From an uncultured Rikenella sp. (GTDB lineage: Bacteria > Bacteroidota > Bacteroidia > Bacteroidales > VadinHA17): a stretch of DNA of 64,000 nt. Positions 26,598 to 36,389 of the stretch are shown here, in pieces. Position 1 is the stretch's first letter. The number at the start of each line of letters is the position of its first letter. The notes beneath the pieces are model-generated. The model searched no databases and had not been told where the DNA came from. It saw only the letters and a list, made by a program, of their open reading frames with translations. Where the stretch lies: the NCBI GenBank assembly GCA_964535795.1, contig CAZHTG010000012.1, positions 3,729 to 67,728 of the forward strand. The letters are read 5' to 3'. The position numbers and the translations under genes are program-made.

Positions 26598-28613
26598 ATG
26601 GCAGAGAGTAATGAGACTCCGAAGTCAGGCAAGAACGATAAGAAGCCAAAATCGTGGTTCAGCTCAAGCTGGCCGATCGCAATTCTTCTTCTGACATTTA
26701 TTGTGTTTCAGCTTCTCTTTTCAGGCAAGTACACACAGAAAGCCGATCAGAGAGAGATTGAAGAGATGGTTATGAATCACGATATCGAGAAGGTTATCGT
26801 GATAAACGAGGAACAGGCTGAGATATATATAAAACCGGATTCCCTCAAGAGCGGTCGTTATCCCGATTTCGCCGAACAGCGGGGCTTCGGTCTGCAGCCT
26901 CCCAAGCCTCATTTCTACCATACTTTCGGGACGGTAGAGCTGTTCCAGGAGTTCTTTACCGCCGCACAGGACAAGGCAGGGTATGCAGAAGAAGATAGAA
27001 TTTACCTGGAATACCAGAAGCGTAAAGACTACCTCTCCACCTTTCTGGGTGTCATACTCCCGTTCCTGATCATAGCCCTGCTATGGATCTACTTCATGCG
27101 AAGGATGGCCGGAGGTGGCGGAGCGGGAGGTGCCGGCAACATATTCAGCGTCGGCAAGTCCAAAGCCCAGATATTTGACAAGGACACCCATATCAAGACC
27201 AACTTCAGTGATGTGGCAGGCCTTGAAGAGGCGAAGACCGAGGTGATGGAGATAGTTGATTTCCTGAAAAATCCAAAGAAATACACCTCTCTCGGGGGCA
27301 AGATACCAAAGGGAGCTCTGCTTGTCGGCCCTCCCGGCACCGGCAAGACTCTTCTTGCGAAGGCTGTCGCTGGGGAGGCCAATGTACCGTTCTTCTCCAT
27401 CTCCGGATCAGACTTCGTTGAAATGTTTGTAGGTGTAGGAGCATCGCGTGTGCGTGATCTCTTCAAGCAGGCCAAGGAGAAGGCACCATGCATTGTATTC
27501 ATTGATGAGATCGATGCCGTAGGGCGTGCCCGTGGCCGCAACCCCAACTTCGGCGCCAATGACGAGCGTGAAAACACGCTAAACCAGCTCCTCACCGAGA
27601 TGGACGGCTTCGGCACCAACAGCGGGGTGATCATCCTGGCTGCCACCAACAGGGCCGACATACTGGACAAGGCCCTGCTCAGGGCCGGGCGTTTTGACCG
27701 GCAGATACACGTTGAGCTTCCTGACATTAAGGAGCGCGAGGCCATCTTCAGGGTACACCTGCGCCCCCTCAAGCTGGAAGAAGGTTTTGACATTGCCTTC
27801 CTGGCAAAGCAGACACCGGGCTTTTCCGGGGCTGACATCGCAAATGTATGCAATGAGGCTGCACTGATTGCCGCCAGGGGAAATAAGACTGTAGTGGAAA
27901 AGCAGGATTTCCTCGATGCCATTGACAGGATCATTGGCGGGCTGGAGAAGAAGAACAAGATAATCTCCATGGAGGAGAAGAGAACGATTGCCTATCATGA
28001 GGCAGGCCATGCCACTGTCAGCTGGCTACTGGAACATGCAAGTCCGCTTCTCAAAGTGACCATCATTCCCAGGGGCAAAGCACTAGGGGCAGCATGGTAC
28101 CTGCCTGAGGAGAGATCAATATCGACCCGCGAGCATATCTTCGACGAACTGGCCTATGCCCTGGGGGGCAGGGCAGCAGAAGAACTGGTCATTGGGAAAA
28201 TTTCCACCGGCGCCCTGAGCGACCTCGAGAAGGTGACCAAGCAGGCCTATGCCATGGTGGCTTACTTCGGCATGTCGGATGCGGTGGGTAACATGAGCTT
28301 CTACGACTCTTCCGGCCAGAATGAGTACGGGTTCACAAAACCCTACAGTGAAAAGACAGCCGAGCTCATTGACAGTGAGGCAAAGAAGATAGTTGAGGTA
28401 TCGTACAGGAAGGCCAAAGAAGTTATCTCTGCAAATATCGACGGTCTTAGACAACTTGCAGAACAGCTGCTTGAGAAGGAGGTGATCTTCAGCGAGGACC
28501 TCGAACGTATATTCGGCAAGCGCAAGGGAGACCATACGAGAGACCTGTCTGACGAGAACCCAGTTGCTGAAATACCGGAAGCTCCGGCATCACCGGTTGA
28601 TCATGGAGAATGA
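26598..28613 (+). CDS. ftsH: ATP-dependent zinc metalloprotease FtsH
   Basis: [13 protein letters not shown] Walker A, the second region of homology (SRH), and HEAGH zinc site. 671 aa. Confidence 0.97.
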   Translation: MAESNETPKSGKNDKKPKSWFSSSWPIAILLLTFIVFQLLFSGKYTQKADQREIEEMVMNHDIEKVIVINEEQAEIYIKPDSLKSGRYPDFAEQRGFGLQPPKPHFYHTFGTVELFQEFFTAAQDKAGYAEEDRIYLEYQKRKDYLSTFLGVILPFLIIALLWIYFMRRMAGGGGAGGAGNIFSVGKSKAQIFDKDTHIKTNFSDVAGLEEAKTEVMEIVDFLKNPKKYTSLGGKIPKGALLVGPPGTGKTLLAKAVAGEANVPFFSISGSDFVEMFVGVGASRVRDLFKQAKEKAPCIVFIDEIDAVGRARGRNPNFGANDERENTLNQLLTEMDGFGTNSGVIILAATNRADILDKALLRAGRFDRQIHVELPDIKEREAIFRVHLRPLKLEEGFDIAFLAKQTPGFSGADIANVCNEAALIAARGNKTVVEKQDFLDAIDRIIGGLEKKNKIISMEEKRTIAYHEAGHATVSWLLEHASPLLKVTIIPRGKALGAAWYLPEERSISTREHIFDELAYALGGRAAEELVIGKISTGALSDLEKVTKQAYAMVAYFGMSDAVGNMSFYDSSGQNEYGFTKPYSEKTAELIDSEAKKIVEVSYRKAKEVISANIDGLRQLAEQLLEKEVIFSEDLERIFGKRKGDHTRDLSDENPVAEIPEAPASPVDHGE

Positions 28614-28800
28614 GTGGGTTGTCATAGCCGGCTTTACCGATGATGTCAGAAGCCAGATAGCCGTTGAACGCCTCCTTACCAGCGGCATAGATGCGGTGGC
28701 GGTAGACAAGCGTGACAGTATCTACAGGATTGGTGAGATAGAGGTTTTCGTGCATCGTGACAGCGTGCTCATTGCAAAGGAAATAATCAAAGATCTGTGA
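28603..28800 (+). CDS. small DUF2007-like protein
   Basis: [25 protein letters not shown]... Overlaps the ftsH stop by 11 nt. 65 aa. Confidence 0.55.
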   Translation: MENEWVVIAGFTDDVRSQIAVERLLTSGIDAVAVDKRDSIYRIGEIEVFVHRDSVLIAKEIIKDL

Positions 28801-28801
28801 G

Positions 28802-29650
28802 GTGACCAATCTTGTCAGGCGCACCGTTACAGGTGCTTTCATAGTGATATTCGTCCTCGGTGGCCTCTGGCTTCACCCTGTCACCTTTTTCATCGTCGGG
28901 GCCGTGATGATCGGAGGGACACAGCACGAGTACTATATGATGGTAAGGGGCACCGGGGTCAGGCCTCAGCTTGTTACAGGAATCATCAGCGGTTTCATCC
29001 TCTATTTCACCTCAACCATGATCGCGATCGGGTGGATTCCCGCAAAGGGTTTCCTGGTACTCATACCCGTGATATCGATCGTGATGTTTATAGAGCTCTT
29101 CAGGAATGTGGAGAGGCCATTTGATTCCCTTGCGCATACTTTCTTCTCAATACTATATACAGCAGTGCCTTTCTCATTGTTTCCCTTCTCGGCTTTTAAC
29201 CAGACGGGCCTCGAGCCGCTGCTGCAAATGGAGGGCATCCGGTTTTCTCCGGGAATACTTATAGGTTTCTTTCTCCTGCTGTGGACCAATGACACGGGGG
29301 CCTATCTCGTCGGGTCACTGATCGGGAAACACCGTCTCTTTGAACGCATCTCTCCAAAGAAGTCGTGGGAGGGTTTCTTCGGAGGCATGATTCTGACCCT
29401 TCTCGTTGCACGCCTCTTCTCCGGATGGCTCGGTGTTGCAGATACCACCGGATGGATGATCATCGCATTCATTATCTCCGTGGCCGGCACCCTGGGCGAC
29501 CTGCTGGAGTCGATGCTTAAGAGGAGCCTTGGTCTGAAGGACTCCGGGACGGTAATGCCGGGCCACGGAGGCTTTCTCGACAGGTTTGACAGTGTGGTGG
29601 TTGCATTTCCTCTTGTTTATCTTTATCTGGCATTAGCAGTACAGACATGA
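28802..29650 (+). CDS. cdsA: phosphatidate cytidylyltransferase
   Basis: SxxKRxxGxKDxGxxxPGHGGxxDRxDS signature (SMLKRSLGLKDSGTVMPGHGGFLDRFDS). GTG start. Confidence 0.9.
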   Translation: MTNLVRRTVTGAFIVIFVLGGLWLHPVTFFIVGAVMIGGTQHEYYMMVRGTGVRPQLVTGIISGFILYFTSTMIAIGWIPAKGFLVLIPVISIVMFIELFRNVERPFDSLAHTFFSILYTAVPFSLFPFSAFNQTGLEPLLQMEGIRFSPGILIGFFLLLWTNDTGAYLVGSLIGKHRLFERISPKKSWEGFFGGMILTLLVARLFSGWLGVADTTGWMIIAFIISVAGTLGDLLESMLKRSLGLKDSGTVMPGHGGFLDRFDSVVVAFPLVYLYLALAVQT

Positions 29651-30321
29651 CTATCAGGAAGTTTAAAATACATAGGGAAGGATACAGGATAATCATAGGA
29701 ATATTTGTCCTTCTTACTGCCATAAATGTCTCGGCATGGCTCATCTGGCAGGGACCTACTGTGCTGCATTTTACGGCTATGGCCGTATCACTCCTGCTCT
29801 TTGCCTTTATCGTGATGTTTTTCCGTACACCCGCAAGGGTTGTGGAGCCGGATCCCCTCCTTATTTATGCCCCGGCAGACGGAAAAATAGTTGTGATTGA
29901 GGAGACATTTGAAAAGGAGTATTTCAATGACAACAGGCTTCAGATATCGATCTTCATGTCACCCTTCAACATGCACAGCAACCGGTACCCTATCTCCGGA
30001 ACAATCGCCTATACCCACTACCAGCCGGGGAAAAAATATCATGCCCGCAGTCCGAAATCATCAGCGCTGAACGAAAGGAGCTCGGTGGTTGTTACTTCGG
30101 ATAACGGCACAGGTATCCTCATAAGACAGGTAGCCGGAGCGGTGGCCCGCCGTATAGTCACTTACTCGAAAAAGGGAGAGAAGGTGCATCAGGGTGATGA
30201 GCTTGGCTTCATCAAGTTCGGATCACGTGTAGACATTTTCCTTCCGACCGACACCGAGGTGAACGTAGAGATGTTCGAGCAGGTAAGGGCAAGCAGGACA
30301 ATTCTTGCGAGAGTAATTTAA
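29647..30321 (+). CDS. psd: phosphatidylserine decarboxylase proenzyme
   Basis: FGSRVDIFLP self-cleavage region. 4-nt overlap with cdsA. Confidence 0.9.
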   Translation: MTIRKFKIHREGYRIIIGIFVLLTAINVSAWLIWQGPTVLHFTAMAVSLLLFAFIVMFFRTPARVVEPDPLLIYAPADGKIVVIEETFEKEYFNDNRLQISIFMSPFNMHSNRYPISGTIAYTHYQPGKKYHARSPKSSALNERSSVVVTSDNGTGILIRQVAGAVARRIVTYSKKGEKVHQGDELGFIKFGSRVDIFLPTDTEVNVEMFEQVRASRTILARVI

Positions 30322-30331
30322 GTTAAAGGTT

Positions 30332-31555
30332 ATGAAAGAAGACAATAAAATAATTGATCTGACCCCGGATGTGAAGTGGATAGGGGTTCTTGATCCTGAC
30401 ATCAGGACATTTGATATCGTGATGCATACGGAGCACGGAACAACCTATAATTCTTATTTCATCAATGCCACCAAAAAGACCATTGTTGAGACGGCCAAGG
30501 AGAAGTTCAGCGACACTTATCTCAAAAAGCTGATGAGGGTCACTGATCCGGCTGATATTGCCTATATCGTGCTTGATCACACCGAGCCGGATCACTCAGG
30601 TGCCATGAGGCAGCTGCTTGACCTTGCACCATCTGCGGTAGTCGTGGGCAGCGGTAACGCCATCAGGTACCTCTCCGACATAGTCAACAGGCCTTTTAAA
30701 TCGTTGGTGGTAAAAGATGGTGACATGCTTGACCTGGGGAACAGGACCCTGAAGTTCATCGCCGCTCCCAACCTTCACTGGCCTGACAGTATATACACCT
30801 ACCTTGTTGAGGATAAGATACTCTTCACCTGTGATTCCTTCGGTGCCCACTACTGCAGTGAGGAGATGTTTGATGATCTTACGGGCGACTACAGTGAAGA
30901 TTTCAGGTACTATTTTGATGTGATCCTCAAGCCTTACAGTAAGTTCATGATCAGGGCCATCGAAAAGATCAGGCCCCTTGACATCTCAATGATTGCAACC
31001 GGTCACGGACCGATTCTGAGGAAGGGATGGAAGAAGATCGTTGATGATACACATGAGCTGGCATCATCCTATCTGAAGCTCACCGGGGGGTCTGGTGAGA
31101 AACGACTTCTGATAACCTATGTATCTGCCTACGGTTATACGAAGGAGATGGCTGAACTGATCGCCAGGGGAGCCTCGGAGGTTGAGAATGTGGTTATTGA
31201 AGTGATGGATATTGAAACTGCCGGTATCGGGGAGATCGACTCCAGGCTGACAATTTCTGACGGCATTATCGTGGGATCTCCAACGATCAATCAGAACACC
31301 CTGCTTCCTGTCTACAAGATGATGGCGATGGTCAGTCCGTTGCGCGACAAAGGCAAGCTGGCAGGCTCATTCGGCTCATACGGATGGAGCGGTGAAGCTC
31401 CGGGTCTCATTGCCGAGATGATGAGGAACCTCAGGCTGCGCTTCTTTGAAGAACCGGCTGCCTATAAGTTCCTGCCCGAGAGCGATAAGGAAAAACCACT
31501 CATTGAATACGGAGGGCGGTTTGCACGTGAGCTTACCGCTCAAAAGGCAGAATAA
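30332..31555 (+). CDS. flavodiiron protein (FprA-type; metallo-beta-lactamase-like + flavodoxin domains)
   Basis: DHTEPDHSG di-iron motif and a C-terminal flavodoxin-like domain (LITYVSAYGYTKEMA...GSPTINQN). Confidence 0.88.
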   Translation: MKEDNKIIDLTPDVKWIGVLDPDIRTFDIVMHTEHGTTYNSYFINATKKTIVETAKEKFSDTYLKKLMRVTDPADIAYIVLDHTEPDHSGAMRQLLDLAPSAVVVGSGNAIRYLSDIVNRPFKSLVVKDGDMLDLGNRTLKFIAAPNLHWPDSIYTYLVEDKILFTCDSFGAHYCSEEMFDDLTGDYSEDFRYYFDVILKPYSKFMIRAIEKIRPLDISMIATGHGPILRKGWKKIVDDTHELASSYLKLTGGSGEKRLLITYVSAYGYTKEMAELIARGASEVENVVIEVMDIETAGIGEIDSRLTISDGIIVGSPTINQNTLLPVYKMMAMVSPLRDKGKLAGSFGSYGWSGEAPGLIAEMMRNLRLRFFEEPAAYKFLPESDKEKPLIEYGGRFARELTAQKAE

Positions 31556-31590
31556 CAGAAAAGACAGGCCTCACGGACCTGTCTTTTCTG
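31556..31590. terminator. bidirectional terminator (13-bp perfect stem)
   Basis: cagaaaagacagg ... cctgtcttttctg, between convergent FDP and hsp20 genes. Confidence 0.8.
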
Positions 31591-31626
31591 TTCATGCCAA
31601 ATCGTTCTGCGAGAGTGACCCCGTTA

Positions 31627-32055
31627 TTACGAGATGGTGATCGAGCGGATCTTCTCCTTTTTCTTGTCTTCACTGAGCTTCGGGATCTCAACATTCAGGA
31701 TGCCATCCTTGTAGGCAGCACCTATTTTTTCGCCGTTGACATCCTCAGGCAGATAGAAGCTTCTGCAGAATGAGCTGTATGTGAACTCCCTGCGCCTGTA
31801 TCCTTCAAGATCCTCCTGCTTCTCCTCCTTCTGCTCTGCCGAGATGGTCAGAACATCATCCTTAACCTCAAGACGCAGATCCTTCTTATCCATGCCCGGA
31901 ACGGCAAGCTCAAGATAAAATGCTTTCTCATCCTCCCTGATATTCACGGCAGGAAGACTCGTGGAGTTCCTGGTGAAGGTGGGGAAAAAATCCTCATTTA
32001 AGAAATCCGATAACGTGACCGGTTTGTAATTCCTTCTGGTGATCATTGGTAACAT
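31627..32055 (-). CDS. Hsp20/alpha-crystallin small heat-shock protein
   Basis: Alpha-crystallin domain (AVNIREDEKAFYLELAVPGMDKKDL...AAYKDGILNVEIPK). The start at MLPMITRR is preferred. Confidence 0.9.
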   Translation of the reverse strand: MLPMITRRNYKPVTLSDFLNEDFFPTFTRNSTSLPAVNIREDEKAFYLELAVPGMDKKDLRLEVKDDVLTISAEQKEEKQEDLEGYRRREFTYSSFCRSFYLPEDVNGEKIGAAYKDGILNVEIPKLSEDKKKEKIRSITIS

Positions 32056-32109
32056 AGCGACCTCCTTTTTTATAGTTGTTTGACATTTAATTATTTTCAC
32101 AAGCTATAT

Positions 32110-32125
32110 TTCAATCCTTGTGCCA
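32110..32125 (-). promoter_or_regulatory. sigma-54-like -24/-12 element upstream of hsp20 (TGGCAC-N5-TTGAA)
   Basis: The minus strand reads ggTGGCACaaggaTTGAAat. The -12 dinucleotide is GA rather than GC. Confidence 0.3.
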
Positions 32126-32289
32126 CCTATGCAGCGATGCCATAATGGCAGTAATAATTATGTCTAACATGACATAATGACATCTTAAATAAGTCGGTTG
32201 TTTAACCGGGAATTCTTTTTAATTTTGAGATGATGAGTTTTGGATTTTTCCTGCAGAGGCAGCATTTTAGTACCTGAAAACCAGGCCTG

Positions 32290-33423
32290 ATGAATACGAC
32301 ACTTCGTAATATACTGATTCTTATAGGAATGGCATTGCTGGTATACCTTTTCTGGTATTTCCGGAGCATATTTGCCTATATTCTGGTAGCAGGTGTCATA
32401 TCGCTGATTGGGCGGCCAGTGGTTGATCTGCTCAACAGTATCAGGATCTGGAAGATCAGATTTCCCAGGGCATTGAGTTCTCTTCTCGCACTGCTTCTTC
32501 TCTACGGTCTTCTGGCTCTCTTCTTCGTGATCTTCATACCTCTGATCACCAGGCAGATTGATGCCCTTTCAGGCGTTGATGCAAGTTCAGTTGTCCAGGG
32601 ATTGCGTGACCAGCTTGACAGGATTGACCTGGTTCTCAGGAAGATATACAAGGAAATGCCGGCGGATAAGACTTTATATGACATAATAGTTACAACGGTT
32701 GGCAATATTCTGAATCCGGCATCAATCAGTGATTTTGCAGGTAATATTGTTACTGTCATCAGCAAGTTTGTGGTCGCAATAGTGGCAATCACATTCCTCT
32801 CATTCTTTTTTCTCAAGGATGAAGGGCTCTTTAAGGAGACTCTTATGGTAATGGTCCCTGACCAGTACGAGACAAGGATCAGGAACGTCCTTCACTCCAT
32901 AAAGCAGCTTCTCATAAGGTATTTTATCGGTATCATCCTTCAGAGTACCATTGTGCTCATAAATATCACCATTGGCATGACCATCGTCGGGTTCCCGTTC
33001 CAGCAAGCCCTGGTGATGGGTCTTCTTGTCGGGATCTTCAACGTGATACCCTACCTCGGCCCGTGGCTTGGCGGCTCGGTGGCTGTGCTCATGGGTGTGG
33101 CTACCGCCGTGACAGCCGGTGGCTATCCTGTCATATGGCTGCTGATAGTTTATATGGTCATTGTCATTGCCTGCACCCAGGCAATTGACAATAACCTTAT
33201 CCAGCCCATGATCTATTCGCGCAGCGTCAATGCCCACCCAATCGAGATCTTCCTCGTGATCATGGCAGTGGGGAGCTTCGCGGGCATAGGCGGGATGATA
33301 GTGGCGGTGCCTGCCTATACTGCCCTGAGGGTCTTTGCCCGCGAATTCTTCAACAACTTCGGACCGGTGCGTAAACTAACCTCGGGCCTCGGGAAAGAGG
33401 GAAAGGAAGAGGAGAAGAATTGA
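32290..33423 (+). CDS. AI-2E family transporter (PerM-like permease)
   Basis: 377 aa with about 8 TM helices and the family pattern NVIPYLGPWLG. Confidence 0.8.
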   Translation: MNTTLRNILILIGMALLVYLFWYFRSIFAYILVAGVISLIGRPVVDLLNSIRIWKIRFPRALSSLLALLLLYGLLALFFVIFIPLITRQIDALSGVDASSVVQGLRDQLDRIDLVLRKIYKEMPADKTLYDIIVTTVGNILNPASISDFAGNIVTVISKFVVAIVAITFLSFFFLKDEGLFKETLMVMVPDQYETRIRNVLHSIKQLLIRYFIGIILQSTIVLINITIGMTIVGFPFQQALVMGLLVGIFNVIPYLGPWLGGSVAVLMGVATAVTAGGYPVIWLLIVYMVIVIACTQAIDNNLIQPMIYSRSVNAHPIEIFLVIMAVGSFAGIGGMIVAVPAYTALRVFAREFFNNFGPVRKLTSGLGKEGKEEEKN

Positions 33424-33424
33424 C

Positions 33425-33652
33425 ATGGCAAGGATAGAATCTGCCATTGGTAAAGCTGCAAGGTTCTATTATGACGGATTCCGCACCATGTCATGGTGGG
33501 GCAACAGGGTGTGGATCATCATCCTCGTCAAGCTGTTCATAATGTTTCTCATCCTCAAGCTCTTTTTCTTCCCTGATTTTTTGAAAACCAATTTTAAGTC
33601 TGACGATGAACGGAGCCGGTATGTTCTTGAACAATTAACAGGAAATAACTGA
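33425..33652 (+). CDS. DUF4492 small membrane protein (cyd-associated)
   Basis: FYYDGFRTMSWWGNRVWIIILVKLFIMF. Lies directly upstream of cydA, as in other Bacteroidota. Confidence 0.7.
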   Translation: MARIESAIGKAARFYYDGFRTMSWWGNRVWIIILVKLFIMFLILKLFFFPDFLKTNFKSDDERSRYVLEQLTGNN

Positions 33653-33656
33653 CAAT

Positions 33657-35228
33657 ATGATTGAAAATATTGATTTATCACTGGTTAACTGGTCGCGGGG
33701 GCAATTTGCCCTTACAGCCATTTACCACTGGTTGTTCGTGCCTCTTACCCTTGGCCTCTCATTCATCCTGGCGTTCATGGAGACAATTTATGTTCGCACC
33801 GGTGATGAGGTCTGGAAGAAGATCACAAAGTTCTGGATGACCCTTTTCGGCATCAACTTCGCCATCGGGGTGGCCACCGGAATAATACTGGAGTTCGAGT
33901 TCGGCACAAACTGGTCTAACTACTCGTGGTTCGTAGGGGATATCTTCGGTGCCCCGCTGGCCATTGAAGGCATCCTGGCTTTTTTTCTCGAGTCGACTTT
34001 TGTGGCGGTGATGTTCTTCGGATGGAACAAGGTGAGCAAAAAGTTTCACCTTGCCTCCACCTGGCTGGTGGCTGTCGGAGCCAACCTGTCGGCCCTCTGG
34101 ATCCTTGTGGCCAACGCATGGATGGAAAACCCCGTTGGCATGGTCTTCAATCCGGATACAGCCCGCAACGAGATGAGCAGTTTCAGGGATGTGGTGCTCA
34201 ATCCTGTTGCCATTGACAAATTCACCCACACTGTCACTTCCGGCTTTGTTCTGGCCTCCGTCTTCGTGGTGGGAATAAGCTCATGGTTCCTGATCAGGCG
34301 CAGGGAAGAGCTTCTTGCAAAAAGGAGTATCCTCATAGCCGGAATCTTCGGCCTCGTCTCAGCTCTGGCAGTGGCCATGACAGGAGACAGCTCGGCTCGC
34401 ATTATTGCTAAGGTGCAGCCCGTCAAGTTCGCTGCCATGGAGGCGCTCTATGATGGCAAAAGTGATGCCGGCCTTACTGTCATCGGTGCCCTGACCGACA
34501 GCGGAGAGAGGATGGGAGAAAAGACTGTCCATGACATAAAGATGAAGATAGAGATACCTAAACTGCTCTCCTTCATGACTACAGGAAAGGCTGACGGTTA
34601 TGTGCCGGGTCTCAGGGATCTCATCAACGGGAACCCGGAAAGGGGCATTCTCTCCGTCAATGAGATGATGGACCGGGGAGCATATGCCCGGCAGGTACTT
34701 ACCGACTTTAAGATGGCAAAGGAGATCGGAGACACGGAGACCATGCAGACGCTGGCCGCCATGTTCAGCGACAGCGACTTCACTGAAAACTATTTCAGGT
34801 ATTTCGGCTACAGTTATTTTACTCACCCCTGGCAGGCAATACCTTCGGTGCCGGTCACCTTCTACAGTTTCCGGATCATGGTGGGACTGGGCTTCTTCTT
34901 TATCCTTCTCTTCATCCTGGCCATCTCCTTTCATCGCAGGCAGACACTGGAGCGGAACCGATGGTTCCTCTGGATGGCTCTCTTCTCGATCCCGCTGGCA
35001 TACCTTGCGAGCGAGCTGGGATGGGTTGTGACGGAGATGGGACGCCAGCCGTGGATCATTCAGAACCTCATGCCCGTCCATGTTGCAGTATCAAACATCA
35101 GTAGCGGTGCGGTGCAGACCACCTTCTGGCTATTCGCCATCCTCTTTACCGCCCTGCTCATAGCAGAGGTGTCCATTATGGTAAAACAGATTAAAATCGG
35201 TCCAAAACATCAGGAGGAGCAACCATGA
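33657..35228 (+). CDS. cydA: cytochrome bd ubiquinol/menaquinol oxidase subunit I
   Basis: Q-loop and the GRQPW(I) motif (EMGRQPWIIQ). 523 aa. Confidence 0.95.
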   Translation: MIENIDLSLVNWSRGQFALTAIYHWLFVPLTLGLSFILAFMETIYVRTGDEVWKKITKFWMTLFGINFAIGVATGIILEFEFGTNWSNYSWFVGDIFGAPLAIEGILAFFLESTFVAVMFFGWNKVSKKFHLASTWLVAVGANLSALWILVANAWMENPVGMVFNPDTARNEMSSFRDVVLNPVAIDKFTHTVTSGFVLASVFVVGISSWFLIRRREELLAKRSILIAGIFGLVSALAVAMTGDSSARIIAKVQPVKFAAMEALYDGKSDAGLTVIGALTDSGERMGEKTVHDIKMKIEIPKLLSFMTTGKADGYVPGLRDLINGNPERGILSVNEMMDRGAYARQVLTDFKMAKEIGDTETMQTLAAMFSDSDFTENYFRYFGYSYFTHPWQAIPSVPVTFYSFRIMVGLGFFFILLFILAISFHRRQTLERNRWFLWMALFSIPLAYLASELGWVVTEMGRQPWIIQNLMPVHVAVSNISSGAVQTTFWLFAILFTALLIAEVSIMVKQIKIGPKHQEEQP

Positions 35229-36355
35229 CAATGATTATATCGCACGCATTCCTGCAGAATTACTGGTGGCTGATAATTTCACTTCTCGCCGGTCTGCTTG
35301 TATTCCTGATGTTTGTTCAGGGAGGACAGTCATTCGTCTTTTCGCTGCCGCGCAATGACATGCAGCGCAAGATGCTTGTCAATGCCCTGGGACGCAAATG
35401 GGAGTTCACCTTCACAACCCTAGTCACCTTCGGAGGCGCCTTTTTCGCATCGTTCCCCCTCTTTTACGCAACCAGCTTCGGCGGGGCATACTGGGTCTGG
35501 ATGGCTATACTCTTCAGTTTCATCATCCAGGCTGTCGCTTACGAGTACCGTTCCAAACCTTCAAACGTGTTCGGCACCAGCCTCTTTGACACCTTCCTCT
35601 TTATCAATGGCAGCCTCGGGCCGTTTCTCATAGGCGTGGCTGTCGCCACCTTCTTTACGGGGTCAGACTTTACGCTTGACCTCTTCAACAGCGTCACGTG
35701 GGGGTCAGGGTGGCACGGGCTTGAGGCACTGATCAACCCGGTCAACCTCCTGCTCGGGTTAGCCGTGCTCTTCCTTGCCAGGGTGCTGGGCCTGATGTAT
35801 CTAGAGAATACCATAGACGATGCCGGCCTTGCGAAATCTGTTAAAAGAGCTCTTTTAAGGAATGCCATTCCTTTCCTGGTCTTTTTCCTGGCCTTTGTGG
35901 CCCTCATCCTTCTCGGGAAAGGCTACAGGGCTGACGGTGTTACAGGTGAGGTGTCACTGGTTAAGTATCATTATCTTCATAACCTTGTTGGCAGCCCGAT
36001 GACACTCATCCTGTTTCTGGCAGGGGTGGTGCTGGTGCTTCTGTCGCTATGGCTTGGCATTGTCAAAGGCTCCCGCAGTGCGATATGGTACGCCGGTTTC
36101 GGGACTGTCCCCGTGGTGATGGCACTCTTCTTCCTGGCCGGGTACGGTGAGACAGCCTTCTATCCGTCATCGGCGGACCTGCAGAGCTCCCTGACGCTGG
36201 CCAAAGCATCATCGAGCCACTTCACGCTCCGGACAATGATGTATGTCTCGTTTATCATTCCTTTTGTCGTGGCTTACATCTGGTACGCATGGAGGTCGAT
36301 AAACAGAAGGAACATAACGGCCGAAGAGATGTCGGGCGATGACCATATGTATTAA
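35225..36355 (+). CDS. cydB: cytochrome bd oxidase subunit II
   Basis: 4-nt overlap with cydA. 376 aa polytopic membrane protein. Confidence 0.92.
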   Translation: MTMIISHAFLQNYWWLIISLLAGLLVFLMFVQGGQSFVFSLPRNDMQRKMLVNALGRKWEFTFTTLVTFGGAFFASFPLFYATSFGGAYWVWMAILFSFIIQAVAYEYRSKPSNVFGTSLFDTFLFINGSLGPFLIGVAVATFFTGSDFTLDLFNSVTWGSGWHGLEALINPVNLLLGLAVLFLARVLGLMYLENTIDDAGLAKSVKRALLRNAIPFLVFFLAFVALILLGKGYRADGVTGEVSLVKYHYLHNLVGSPMTLILFLAGVVLVLLSLWLGIVKGSRSAIWYAGFGTVPVVMALFFLAGYGETAFYPSSADLQSSLTLAKASSSHFTLRTMMYVSFIIPFVVAYIWYAWRSINRRNITAEEMSGDDHMY

Positions 36356-36389
36356 CCTGCAATAAAGCATGGCATGAGCCGGCTAGGTA

